DNA from: Calditrichales bacterium | GTDB taxonomy: Bacteria > Calditrichota > Calditrichia > Calditrichales > J004 | Assembly: GCA_965267575.1 (NCBI GenBank) | Contig: OZ254086.1 | Coordinates: 4,668,521 to 4,732,520, forward strand | Direction: 5' to 3' | Length of the DNA: 64,000 nucleotides | Made by a program: the position numbers and the translations under genes | Shown here: positions 47,945-57,859 of the stretch, piece after piece | How positions within the stretch are numbered: position 1 is the first letter of the stretch | Layout: each line of letters opens with the position of its first letter | The notes under the pieces: model-generated | Told to the model about the DNA's origin: nothing | What the model saw: only the letters and a program-made list of their open reading frames with translations | Database searches by the model: none

Positions 47945-49305
47945 CGTTTCAGATCTCCGGGATCGATATTGTATTTCTTAAGCAACAGGCTAAAGTTTTT
48001 GCGGTTCATCTCGGCAATTCTGGCCGCGTTTCCCAGGTTGCCGCGGGTATGCTCCAAAAGCCTTACAAGGTACGGGCGTTCATACTGGCGCAGGAGGCGT
48101 TCGCGGTATTTTTTAAGTGGCTCAAAAGCGTTTAAAGTGGCCGGGGGCTCAACCGTTTCCTCAGCTTCAGGCCACTCGCCATTGCTGTGGTATTCGTTTT
48201 TGTTGAGAACATATTCCTGGATCCGGTTTTCCAACTCTCGGGCATTGCCACGCCATTCACAGCACAGCCATTGATCCAGGTGTTGTTGCGATACATCCGC
48301 TAGAGACGTGGCGTTATTTGAATACTTTTTAAGGAAAAAATCAGCCAGAAGCGGAATATCCGTTTTGCGCTCTCGCAACGGCGGCAAATCGATGCGGGCC
48401 ACACTCAACCTGTAATAAAGGTCTCTGCGGAAGGTTTTTTGCTTAACACGCTCCAGCAGATTTTCATTACTGGCAACAATAATGCGCGCATCAATTTTTT
48501 TGTAACCCGCCCCGCCAACAGGTTTAACTTCACGCTCCTGCATAAAACGCAATAGTTTGGATTGCACCGAATATGGGAGCGATTCGATTTCATCCAGAAA
48601 AACCGTGCCGCTTTGCGCCTGTTCAAGCGAGCCCTGCTGCGCGCTCACAGCATTCGTATAGGCGCCCTTGGTGTGTCCAAACAACTCGTTTTCTATCAGG
48701 CTTTCAGGGAGGGTGCTGCAATCCACCGTTACAAAGGGTTTCTCCGAACGTTTGCCTAAATAATGAAAAGCTCGGGCAAACAGCTCTTTGCCGGTCCCTG
48801 TTTCACCTGTAATCAAAATGGTAGAATCTGAATTTGCGTACCTCGGGATCTTTAATACAAGTTCACGGATGGCATCGCTTTTACCAATAATTAAACGACG
48901 CCTCAGTTTTTGCCCAATCTCCTGGTGAATCTTTTTTAGCTGGTATAAATAACTGATTTTATTGCACAGGCCGGAAAGCTCCGCCTGTATATCGGATTGA
49001 ATCTGGACCACATCATCAAAAACGTAAAGGCCCTGCCAAAAACCATTGTTCGTCGACGGGGATCGTTTTATGGCCAGCGAGATACATTCGTCATAGCCAT
49101 TTTTCAAAAGCACGCTTAACAACCGGCTGTCAATTTTAGGATTGTCAATATCAAAAACGAGCGAGGTGTAGGCGCTGTTTTGAATGTTTTTATGAATGAG
49201 CTGATCAAGGTTCGCGGTCTTAATTTCAAACTTCTGCTTCAACTTATGGCAAAAGTATATCTGGGGAGAAATAAAGCTATCCGGGACACAAAATATGGTG
49301 TGCAT
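47923..49305 (-). CDS. Sigma54-dependent enhancer-binding protein
   Basis: GETGTGKE, ELFGH.KGAYTNA (GAFTGA variant), FLDEI, FRRDLYYRL, GNARELEN, Fis-type HTH; degenerate N-domain; start at 49305 from RBS. Confidence 0.92.
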   Translation of the reverse strand: MHTIFCVPDSFISPQIYFCHKLKQKFEIKTANLDQLIHKNIQNSAYTSLVFDIDNPKIDSRLLSVLLKNGYDECISLAIKRSPSTNNGFWQGLYVFDDVVQIQSDIQAELSGLCNKISYLYQLKKIHQEIGQKLRRRLIIGKSDAIRELVLKIPRYANSDSTILITGETGTGKELFARAFHYLGKRSEKPFVTVDCSTLPESLIENELFGHTKGAYTNAVSAQQGSLEQAQSGTVFLDEIESLPYSVQSKLLRFMQEREVKPVGGAGYKKIDARIIVASNENLLERVKQKTFRRDLYYRLSVARIDLPPLRERKTDIPLLADFFLKKYSNNATSLADVSQQHLDQWLCCEWRGNARELENRIQEYVLNKNEYHSNGEWPEAEETVEPPATLNAFEPLKKYRERLLRQYERPYLVRLLEHTRGNLGNAARIAEMNRKNFSLLLKKYNIDPGDLKRAPKMGR

Positions 49306-49404
49306 TGCCGCCTCCGGGTTGGCCGTATTATACCCTTGCATGAACCATATAAGAGGGATCGGTGAACTATATTTGCGCATGCATTATCAAAAGAAGGGAG
49401 AGTA

Positions 49405-49448
49405 AGAAATGCGGTGCTAACCCTAATATAGCCCGTGTATGATTTCAT
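49405..49448 (-). pseudogene. 5' remnant of a serine recombinase
   Basis: MKSYTGYIRVST matches the resolvase Y.RVST catalytic motif; similarity stops right after it. Confidence 0.55.
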
Positions 49449-49974
49449 GCTATTTTATAGTACAAAAACATACAGACACCCTACCAAATGTCAAGTTCAA
49501 ATCGCACACTTTCCATCATGTTATTGTTATATTCCGGAAAGAGATAAACCCTAATAAGTAAGTCGAAAACAATAGCTTCGATTCCCACCGTGGAGAATTA
49601 TTTTTCAACTGACTCAAAAAGCCTGGAACCGGTTTATGTAAACAGGTCAAAAGCGGCAGGAGAATCATTATGTATGCTTCTAATTAAATGAAGCGTAAAA
49701 CGGCAATTTCAGTGTTGTCCAAATGCAGAAAACCCAAGAATTAACATATAAATACTGCAACGACTATTCCAGCTACTGGACTCTAGGCGGTCAAACGGCT
49801 TATTTTCGGTCAAATTATCAGCGTATAGATACTCTGATTTGAATGCTACAGCACTAATTCACCTATATATTACCATTTGAAGCGATGAATAGATAAGTCA
49901 TGTTTTAAATCGCAAAAAAGATGTTCAAGACCTGAAAACCGTGTTCAAGGCAAAGTATTGGAGCCTAAGTAAAT

Positions 49975-50397
49975 TCATCCATTTTTCAGCCACCTCTCAA
50001 AACTCTTATTCTCGCTGCCGCGTGGGTAAAACCAATCCGGTTTGAGGTTAAGGCCCTCCTCGCTTTTCCAGATAAAGGCACTCGCCTTTTCAACGTCAAT
50101 CTCGTTAACGACTTTTAACAAAAAGAGCTTCAACCTGCCGACAGTTTGATTTTCCAGGACCACGGCAATATTCTGAGCCTTAAGCGCACCGGCAACAATC
50201 TCTGCTTGTTCCAGGCTGTAGGTGGCCCAAACATAGTTTTCTTTTCCGGTTAGATAATCGCTTTTACTAAATTCTATACTAATGCAGACATCGCTGCCAT
50301 AGGGTAAATTCAGCTGTTCGCACAGCAAGACATCCCCGTTTTCAAAAACGATCTTCCCGAGATCAGAATAGACAGCATATCTCACTATCTTTTCCAT
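49975..50397 (-). CDS. Hypothetical protein with a DUF2007-like segment
   Basis: QAEIVAGALKAQNI; follows the upstream gene by 13 nt. Confidence 0.6.
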   Translation of the reverse strand: MEKIVRYAVYSDLGKIVFENGDVLLCEQLNLPYGSDVCISIEFSKSDYLTGKENYVWATYSLEQAEIVAGALKAQNIAVVLENQTVGRLKLFLLKVVNEIDVEKASAFIWKSEEGLNLKPDWFYPRGSENKSFERWLKNG

Positions 50398-50410
50398 TGC
50401 TATAATTCCA

Positions 50411-53400
50411 TTACTTAAGTACGGTTAATTTTTTTGTCCGAATTAAGTCGTTTACACGCAACTGATATAAATAGACGCCACTTGCGAGATTTGAAGCATT
50501 AAATATCCTACTGTGCAATCCAGCAGTTAGCTTGCCGTCCACCAACCTGGCAACTTCTCTTCCTGTTATATCAAAAATGATGAGCTGTACTTTAGAAGCA
50601 TTGTTTAAAGTAAAGCGGATTTTGGTGACAGGGTTAAAGGGATTCGGAAAATTCTGCTCGAGATTAAATTCAGCTGGTGCCGTTGTAAAAGATCCGATAC
50701 CTGTAACGGTGTCCTTATATTTAATAGCTGTAAACCGCGTGCCCCGCTCAAAAGTACTTGTTCCTGCTACAATCACATTTTCGTCATCAGCAAAAACGCC
50801 AACGGCACCATCATATTTATTCACCGGGCCATCAAATACTTCCACCCATTGCTCGGTGCCGCTTGAACTGTACTTCACTGTCGCGTAATCGCTGGAAGTT
50901 TCGGTCTGACTTTCACCGGTAACGTAAACATTCCCGACGGGATCTATGAACATTGCAGATGGACTATCATATCGATTGTCCGGCCCGTCATATACTCTAT
51001 GCCATTGTTCAACTCCGGAGCTATTATATTTTAAAGTAATAAAGTTAGTCTCCGCCCCATATGTCGCACCAGTTACATAAACGTTTCCGGCTGCGTCCAA
51101 TCCCATGTCAACGGGAGAATCGTAGTCATCCGAGCTGCTGTTATATCGTACCGCCCATTGTTCAACTCCGGAAGAATCGTATTTCACAGTGGCAAAATCA
51201 TTGCTAGTGTTGTTTCCAAAGCTACCTCCTGTCACATATACATTCGCAGATTTGTCCACAACGATCGCTGAAGGATTGTCATATCCGCTATCAGGTCCGT
51301 CGTAGCGGGCAATCCATTTTACCTCCCCGGATGCGTCGTATTTAATAGTCACAAAATCGCCTGCTGTTTCACCGAAGCTGGTTCCGGTCACATAAATATT
51401 GTCACTCTCGTCCACACAAATCTTGAAAGGAATATCAGAGTCGCCGGAGCCGTCATAGCGGGCAACCCATTGTAGCTGGCCTGCTGTATTATATTTCACG
51501 GTTACGTAATCATACCGGCTATTCTCATCATAGCTACGCCCGGTAACATAAGCATTGCCCTTACTATCCACATCGAGATCAAAAGATCGGTCATTCCCTT
51601 TTGCCGGTCCGTTATAAAATGTAACCCACTCTTCAACACCCTGCGGATTATATTTTACGGTTGCAAAGTCAACAGAGCTATCGGGACCAATTGTCTCGCC
51701 AGTCGTAAAAACGTTGCCCGCGGCATCAACGGCCAGGCCGGTTATGGAGAACAGCGCCTCATTGCGGGCATTCCATTGTTCAACACCATCTTTATTAAAC
51801 TTCACCAAAGCATCATCAACAAACGGTCCCGAAATGCTCTGTCCAGCCACATAAATATTGCCTTCATTATCAACAAACATAAAACTTGCCGTTTCCCTAG
51901 ACCGCCAAGAACCGTTGTATGAATCGGTCCAGGCAGTTTCACCGCTTGTATTATAGCCGGTTACAAAAAAGTCGGTGGATGTTTCATAGTCAGTTTTCAA
52001 GCCAGTAATTACCGGTTTGCCATCATCGCCAACAAAAATGGCACGGCCAAGGCCCCAAAAAACATCCACACCTTCGTCGCGCGCCACCCATATCTCATCA
52101 CCATTTTTGTTGTATTTAACGGTTGTACAAAAATAATTGGAATTTATACCGTCACTCAAGCCGGTAACGTAGACGTTGCCGCTGCCGTCGCAAGCGATTG
52201 ACCTGCTGGCATCATCACCGTTGGCATCACCATTGTAAAATGATGTCCACATCTGCGTGCCGCTGGAATCATACTTAATCGTTGCGTAATCCTTTCCGTT
52301 TTCGGAAGTAGCAATCTCTGCAGCGACGAGAGCGTTGCCGGCATTATCTATAGCAACGGCATTGCCAAAGTCATCTCCACCGGCTGGTCCATTATAGCGT
52401 CTTGTCCATTCCTGCGTGCCGCTGCCACTATATTTCAAGACAACAATATCATAACCTGTGACAGGAGCGGAGCTGTAGCCGACCACATAACAGTTGCCCT
52501 TTTCATCTAGGGCCATGGCACTGGGATAGTCACTACCGTTTGTATAATGCGCAGACCACTGCTTTTCACCGTCGCTGTTGTACTTTAGTACTGTAATATC
52601 CGTATTTGTTAGCGGTCGGTAACTCCAGCCGGTAACAAAAATATTGCCTTCATTGTCCAGTGCTATGTCAAATGCGGCAGCCTGACTGTATCCCGATTCA
52701 AGGAAACGCTTTGCCCATACTTGCTGTCCGTTCCGGTCATATTTTATCGTAGCGAATTCGTAAACGCCCTGTGAACCTGTGCTTACGCCTGACACATAAA
52801 CATTGTGCTGAACATCCACGGCAATAGCCAGCGGAGTGTCGTAATCATTTCCGGGACCGATGTAACGCGCCCGCCATTGCTCAACGCCTTGCCCATTTAT
52901 CTTAACGGTAAGGTAATCGTAATCACCGGAAGGATCGCCACTGACTCCGGTAACATAGCAATTTCCGGCATCATCCACGGTAAGGGCGTTGGCCTTGTCA
53001 TCCATGCCGCCTCTCCCGTCAATGCGTACGGACCATTCTCGTTCGCCGGTACCATTATATTTTAATATAACAAAATCGTTTTGCGGCTCTGAGTATGAGC
53101 CATCATTGGAGTAACCCGCCGCAAAGATATTCCCGTGCATATCTTTAACTATGGCGGTACCAAAGTCTGAAGACGCGTCCGTCCCCCCGGCGTAATTCGC
53201 CTGCCATACTTTTTCAAGTGCCATGCTACTTTTAGTAAAGGCCGCATTTTGGCCGGCTTTTGCAAAGGCACGGAGATTGTCCAGTTTTTCTTTGGTGAGT
53301 TCCGCTCTTTGTTTCTGGGAGTTCATTAAATTCTGAAGCACATCGGATTGGGCAGTATGTTCAATGGCGAACAAACTGCAACCAAATAAGAAATACAGGA

Positions 53401-53437
53401 AAACAGATACGTAGATGGAATAATTAGAAACCTTCAT
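50411..53437 (-). CDS. Secreted SBBP-repeat beta-propeller protein with a T9SS-type C-terminal domain
   Basis: Many VD..GNVYVTG...DF.TVKY...G.EQW..RY.GP repeats; QNFPNPFNP; start at 53437 from a GGAGGAG RBS. Confidence 0.9.
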   Translation of the reverse strand: MKVSNYSIYVSVFLYFLFGCSLFAIEHTAQSDVLQNLMNSQKQRAELTKEKLDNLRAFAKAGQNAAFTKSSMALEKVWQANYAGGTDASSDFGTAIVKDMHGNIFAAGYSNDGSYSEPQNDFVILKYNGTGEREWSVRIDGRGGMDDKANALTVDDAGNCYVTGVSGDPSGDYDYLTVKINGQGVEQWRARYIGPGNDYDTPLAIAVDVQHNVYVSGVSTGSQGVYEFATIKYDRNGQQVWAKRFLESGYSQAAAFDIALDNEGNIFVTGWSYRPLTNTDITVLKYNSDGEKQWSAHYTNGSDYPSAMALDEKGNCYVVGYSSAPVTGYDIVVLKYSGSGTQEWTRRYNGPAGGDDFGNAVAIDNAGNALVAAEIATSENGKDYATIKYDSSGTQMWTSFYNGDANGDDASRSIACDGSGNVYVTGLSDGINSNYFCTTVKYNKNGDEIWVARDEGVDVFWGLGRAIFVGDDGKPVITGLKTDYETSTDFFVTGYNTSGETAWTDSYNGSWRSRETASFMFVDNEGNIYVAGQSISGPFVDDALVKFNKDGVEQWNARNEALFSITGLAVDAAGNVFTTGETIGPDSSVDFATVKYNPQGVEEWVTFYNGPAKGNDRSFDLDVDSKGNAYVTGRSYDENSRYDYVTVKYNTAGQLQWVARYDGSGDSDIPFKICVDESDNIYVTGTSFGETAGDFVTIKYDASGEVKWIARYDGPDSGYDNPSAIVVDKSANVYVTGGSFGNNTSNDFATVKYDSSGVEQWAVRYNSSSDDYDSPVDMGLDAAGNVYVTGATYGAETNFITLKYNSSGVEQWHRVYDGPDNRYDSPSAMFIDPVGNVYVTGESQTETSSDYATVKYSSSGTEQWVEVFDGPVNKYDGAVGVFADDENVIVAGTSTFERGTRFTAIKYKDTVTGIGSFTTAPAEFNLEQNFPNPFNPVTKIRFTLNNASKVQLIIFDITGREVARLVDGKLTAGLHSRIFNASNLASGVYLYQLRVNDLIRTKKLTVLK

Positions 53438-53547
53438 AGCTCCTCCTTCAGGAAGGGGTTGGTGGACAAACACTGCCTAAAAGATGTTGTTTGAAGGCTA
53501 ATGAGTCTTGTCTATTTCTTGCAAAAGCTTGTCTTTTTTTTGCAAAA
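53432..53547 (-). promoter_or_regulatory. Conserved leader, copy A, with 21-bp-period direct repeats
   Basis: cttgtctatttcttgcaaaa (53507) and cttgtcttttttttgcaaaa (53528); homologous to 60221-60336. Confidence 0.75.
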
Positions 53548-53573
53548 CGCTGGAATAATGAGATTTGTGCGGG

Positions 53574-56500
53574 TTACCATCTTTTCTTGTATTCGGAAGG
53601 GCTTACACCGAATTGTTTTTTAAAGCTGCGTGTAAAATTGGCCTGGTCTGAAAATCCGACTTTGTAACAGATTTCGGCGATATTAGCTGTATCTGCTTTG
53701 AGCAGGTCGGCAGCCCTTTGCAGGCGCATGGAACGCAGCAGTTTTCCGGGAGGCTGACCGATCAGTGCGTTAAGCTTGCGGTTAAGCTGGGCCTCGCTCA
53801 TATTGAGTTTTTCTGCCAGTACGCTGACGCTAAAGCTTTCGCTGCCCATACCGGCTTCAATGGAATCGACGGTCTTTTTTAAAAATTGCTGATCAACAGA
53901 TGTTTCGGTTATGTCGGATGGTTTGATAACGGTGGCGGTGCTGAACTTTTCACGCATCAACGTGCGCAGTTTTATCAGGTTCTCTATCCGCACCCGAAGC
54001 TCCTGCTCATTAAACGGCTTAACCAGGTAATCATCTACGCCTAGTTCAAGACCGGCAATTTTATCTTTGTCCGCCGCTTTGGCCGTAAGCAAAATGATGG
54101 GAATATGGCTTGTGCGTTCATCCTTGCGAATTTCAGCACTGAATTCATAACCATCCATGCGCGGCATCATGACGTCACTAATAATAAGATCAGGGATTTC
54201 CGAGCAGGCTACTTTAAAACCCTGGCGGCCGTCGGCAGCCTCAAGCACCCGGTATTGGCCGGCAATGCTGCTTTTTATATAACTACGCAGATCGCTGTTA
54301 TCTTCGACGACCAAAATCAGCGGTGATTCCTGTTTTCCATTTATTGTACCCGGTTCGCTGCTCCTTGCATAGTTTTCTCCATCAGCGGGGGTCATGGCCA
54401 GATGTGTTACAGATTCGGGCTCAAAGCCTTTCTGGCGCAGCGGCATATGCACTATGAATGTCGTACCCACGCCGATTGCGCTTTCCACTGTAACGGAGCC
54501 CTGGTGCAGCTCCACCAGTTCCTTCACCAGTGCCAGGCCAATGCCGGTTCCCTCGAAAGTCCGTGAATCGGAAGCTTCCGCCTGGTAAAAACGGTCGAAA
54601 ATATGGTGCAGTTGCTCCTCCGAAATACCGACGCCGCTATCTTTCACCACGATAACAATCTTTTCACTATCTTCCTGTGACTCGACTGCTGCTTTTAGCT
54701 CAATCGTTCCTCCGTCCGGTGTAAACTTAAGCGCATTGGAGATCAGGTTGGTTACGATCATCTCCAGCTTGTCTGGTTCAAAATCCAGAACGATCGTATC
54801 TTCCCGGCAGGAAAATATAAGCTGTAACGATTTTTCATGGGCAACAGACTCAAACGAATAAAACCAGTTTTTAAGCTGTGGCAATACATCTGCACGCACC
54901 AGCGCAAGCTTCATATTGCCCGATTCAAGCTTGGAGAGGTCCAGGAGCTGACTGACCAGTTGCAGCAAACGCCTGGCGTTGCGCATGGCCACGACCAGTT
55001 TGTTTCTCCTGCGCTCTCCCAGATCGTCATCCTCCATTACAGTGCGTATCTGGCCAAGAACAAGCGTAAGCGGTGTTCTGAATTCATGTGAAATATTGGC
55101 GAAGAATCGCGATTTCATCTGATCCAGTTCTTTAAACTTATCTGCTTCCACCTTTTCCAGTTTCAGCCTGTTGCGCAAGTCTATGCGGTTCATTTCGTAT
55201 TTGCGGATAAAGAAAAGCAGCGCCAGCCCGGCTATCCCATAACCAAAATACGCCCACCAGGTTGCCCACCATGGCTTCAAAATCGTTACGGCAAGAGAAA
55301 CATCTTCCCAACTCCAGATACCGTTGCTGCCGGCAGCCCTTACTTTAAATATATAAGTGCCGGGATTAAGGTTTGTGTAGCGTACGCTGCGCTGCCTGTC
55401 CGGCGTACTCCACTCGCTGTCGTAATTTTCCATCTTGTGTTGATAGCTGGTCAAACCGGTGTTTCTAAAATCAAATGCCGTAAATTCAAAAGTGATATCA
55501 TTTTGATTATGGGATAGTTCAATCTGCTGCTTTTCCATTATGGGTTTGGCAAAAAGAAAATCGCTAACCAATTGAAGAGGACGTCCGGAGATGTTTATGC
55601 CGCTAATCACCAGGGGCGCGGGTTGCATGGAGCCGATATAGTTTGCCGGGTTGAAAACGTTTATGCCGCCACGACCGCCAAGCACAATTTCTCCGCCTCG
55701 CAACGATTTTGCAGCGCGGGTGCTGAATTGAATATCGACAAGTCCGTCAAGCTGGTTAAAGTATTTGGCAGAGCCTGTCTGCGGATCAAAGCGTGTGGCA
55801 CCGGAAGCGGCGAAGGCCCAGAAAAATCCGGCTGTGTCCTGCAAAAGATTAAAAAAGGTATTGGTGTGCAAGCCGTTTTTTACGCTAAACCTTTGTTCCC
55901 GGCCGTCTTTCGGGTCAAACCGGATGAGTCCATAAGTATCTGTAGATAACCAAAGCGCGCTATCTTTTCCCTGAATAATATCAGTGATGGCCGCCTTTTG
56001 TCCTTTCTTGATTACAATACCCCGGGAGAATGAATCCGCCTGACGTTGATATCGGGCAATGCCATCATACGTACCTATCCACAGGTTATGCTCTTTATCC
56101 TGAAACAGGGCATCAATATCATCGGAATTAATGCTGTTGGTATCGGCAGACGACCTGTAAAAGACGGATTCACCGCTGTTCAAATCTACGCGACTTAAGG
56201 GTTGCGAACTTAGCCAAAGATCATTATGGGCATCATGAATTATATGCAAAGGCTGATCGGCGAATAACAGAGAATCGTTTATGTCATTTTCCAGCAACGC
56301 GAAGGTACCTGAAGAGCGACCAAAGCGGAAAAGGCCGCGGGCATCGGCATACCATAAATTATTCTCACCGGAAGAAGTTATCGCTGCACCCGGGATATTC
56401 CAGCGCGACGGTCTGTTTGTTGTTGGTTGATATATTTCAACTGAATTCTGCCGCCGATCCCACTTTACCATTCGCATATATGATGTTCCAAGCCAAAGGC

Positions 56501-57689
56501 TGCCACTTTCGTCCTCATGGATTGCGGTTACCCACTCATCTTCCTCGATTCCCATGTCAAACCTGGGAAATTTACCCGAGAGGTCTGCCCGATTTAATCC
56601 GGCGTGCGTACCAATCCATAACAAGCCAGACCGATCTATAAATACGCTCCAAACACGGTTGTCGCTAATTGAAAAGTGATCATCGGGGTCATATAGATAA
56701 TAGCTGCTTTCGCCGGTTTTTTTATTGTACCGATTAAGGCCCCCGCCAAACACAGACATCCACAGAATGTCGCTACCGGGCTCTGCAAAGATATAAGTTA
56801 TTCCGTGAAAACCCGGACGGTTTTCATTTTGCGGATAGTTGAGATTGGGGGCCTTGTCAATATGGCTATTAACTGGGTTTAACCGGTATAATCCACCTTC
56901 CCACGCTGCAATCCAAAGCGTACCATCGCTGTCCGTATAAATAAACTGCACATGGTTTTTTGGGCTGGATTTATCTTGGGGATAGACAAAAAAAGGGGTG
57001 AAAAAATTGTCTTCCTCGTTAAAGCGGTTCAGTGCGCCCGGCATTTCATGCGAAAAAGGGTTACCCGTACCGACCCAGATAGTGCCACTTTTATCCTCGG
57101 CGATGGTCCTAACCTGGCCGCCCAAAAGGGATGACGGATCATCAGGATTATACAAGAAGCGCCGGAACGTGCCCGCTTCCCTGTCAAAAATATTGAGTGA
57201 CTCTTCGGTCCCGACCCAAAACCTGCCCTGGCTGTCTTCAAACAGTACGGTAACACTGCCGGGTCCAATCGACGCGGTCTCATCCGGGTCGTGCGCGTAA
57301 TGCGTGAATATTTCATATTGGGGATTAAAATGATCGAGTCCGGCTTGGGTGCCGATCCAAAAAGCACCCTCGCGATCTATATAGGGGAAAGACCAATCAT
57401 GCGATAAAGACGTGGAGTCATCCTTATCATGGAAATAACCCTCAAACGTGTATCCGTCGTACTTATAAAGTCCGTTCCAGGTGCCAACCCAGATATAGCC
57501 GTACTTGTCCTGGACAATTTGACCGGCGACCGGCGAAGTGGGCAGTCCCTCTTCTAATGAAAAGCGGGTTATCTTTAAGCTAAGATGGTTGGTTTGACCA
57601 AGGCAAAAAGCGGGCAGCAGTAAAATCAAAAAATGTTGCAGCAAGCGTTTTAATAGCAAGGCGAACGCAGACATACCGAAAAGATTCAT
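53574..57689 (-). CDS. Hybrid two-component system (Reg_prop/Y_Y_Y sensor, His kinase, receiver, AraC HTH)
   Basis: D..G..W.GT repeats; YTNLNPGTY.FKV; FFANISHEFRTPL; GTGIGL; SDVMMPRMDG; GFSDQANF.RSFKKQFG.SP. Confidence 0.96.
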   Translation of the reverse strand: MNLFGMSAFALLLKRLLQHFLILLLPAFCLGQTNHLSLKITRFSLEEGLPTSPVAGQIVQDKYGYIWVGTWNGLYKYDGYTFEGYFHDKDDSTSLSHDWSFPYIDREGAFWIGTQAGLDHFNPQYEIFTHYAHDPDETASIGPGSVTVLFEDSQGRFWVGTEESLNIFDREAGTFRRFLYNPDDPSSLLGGQVRTIAEDKSGTIWVGTGNPFSHEMPGALNRFNEEDNFFTPFFVYPQDKSSPKNHVQFIYTDSDGTLWIAAWEGGLYRLNPVNSHIDKAPNLNYPQNENRPGFHGITYIFAEPGSDILWMSVFGGGLNRYNKKTGESSYYLYDPDDHFSISDNRVWSVFIDRSGLLWIGTHAGLNRADLSGKFPRFDMGIEEDEWVTAIHEDESGSLWLGTSYMRMVKWDRRQNSVEIYQPTTNRPSRWNIPGAAITSSGENNLWYADARGLFRFGRSSGTFALLENDINDSLLFADQPLHIIHDAHNDLWLSSQPLSRVDLNSGESVFYRSSADTNSINSDDIDALFQDKEHNLWIGTYDGIARYQRQADSFSRGIVIKKGQKAAITDIIQGKDSALWLSTDTYGLIRFDPKDGREQRFSVKNGLHTNTFFNLLQDTAGFFWAFAASGATRFDPQTGSAKYFNQLDGLVDIQFSTRAAKSLRGGEIVLGGRGGINVFNPANYIGSMQPAPLVISGINISGRPLQLVSDFLFAKPIMEKQQIELSHNQNDITFEFTAFDFRNTGLTSYQHKMENYDSEWSTPDRQRSVRYTNLNPGTYIFKVRAAGSNGIWSWEDVSLAVTILKPWWATWWAYFGYGIAGLALLFFIRKYEMNRIDLRNRLKLEKVEADKFKELDQMKSRFFANISHEFRTPLTLVLGQIRTVMEDDDLGERRRNKLVVAMRNARRLLQLVSQLLDLSKLESGNMKLALVRADVLPQLKNWFYSFESVAHEKSLQLIFSCREDTIVLDFEPDKLEMIVTNLISNALKFTPDGGTIELKAAVESQEDSEKIVIVVKDSGVGISEEQLHHIFDRFYQAEASDSRTFEGTGIGLALVKELVELHQGSVTVESAIGVGTTFIVHMPLRQKGFEPESVTHLAMTPADGENYARSSEPGTINGKQESPLILVVEDNSDLRSYIKSSIAGQYRVLEAADGRQGFKVACSEIPDLIISDVMMPRMDGYEFSAEIRKDERTSHIPIILLTAKAADKDKIAGLELGVDDYLVKPFNEQELRVRIENLIKLRTLMREKFSTATVIKPSDITETSVDQQFLKKTVDSIEAGMGSESFSVSVLAEKLNMSEAQLNRKLNALIGQPPGKLLRSMRLQRAADLLKADTANIAEICYKVGFSDQANFTRSFKKQFGVSPSEYKKRW

Positions 57690-57811
57690 GGCTAAGTGAT
57701 TTTTAAAATCCCCTGATGCTGCAAAATATATCTAATGGCTTATAAGTACAAGAGAAAACAGTACATAGGTTAGTATTATGGTTGTTCACGAAGCAGCAAC
57801 ATCATGGAAAC

Positions 57812-57846
57812 AAAAAAGGCCCGCCAAAAACGACGGGCCTTATTTT
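57812..57846 (-). terminator. Rho-independent terminator
   Basis: aaaaaaggcccg...cgggcctt. Confidence 0.75.
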
Positions 57847-57859
57847 GATAAGCAAGCGT

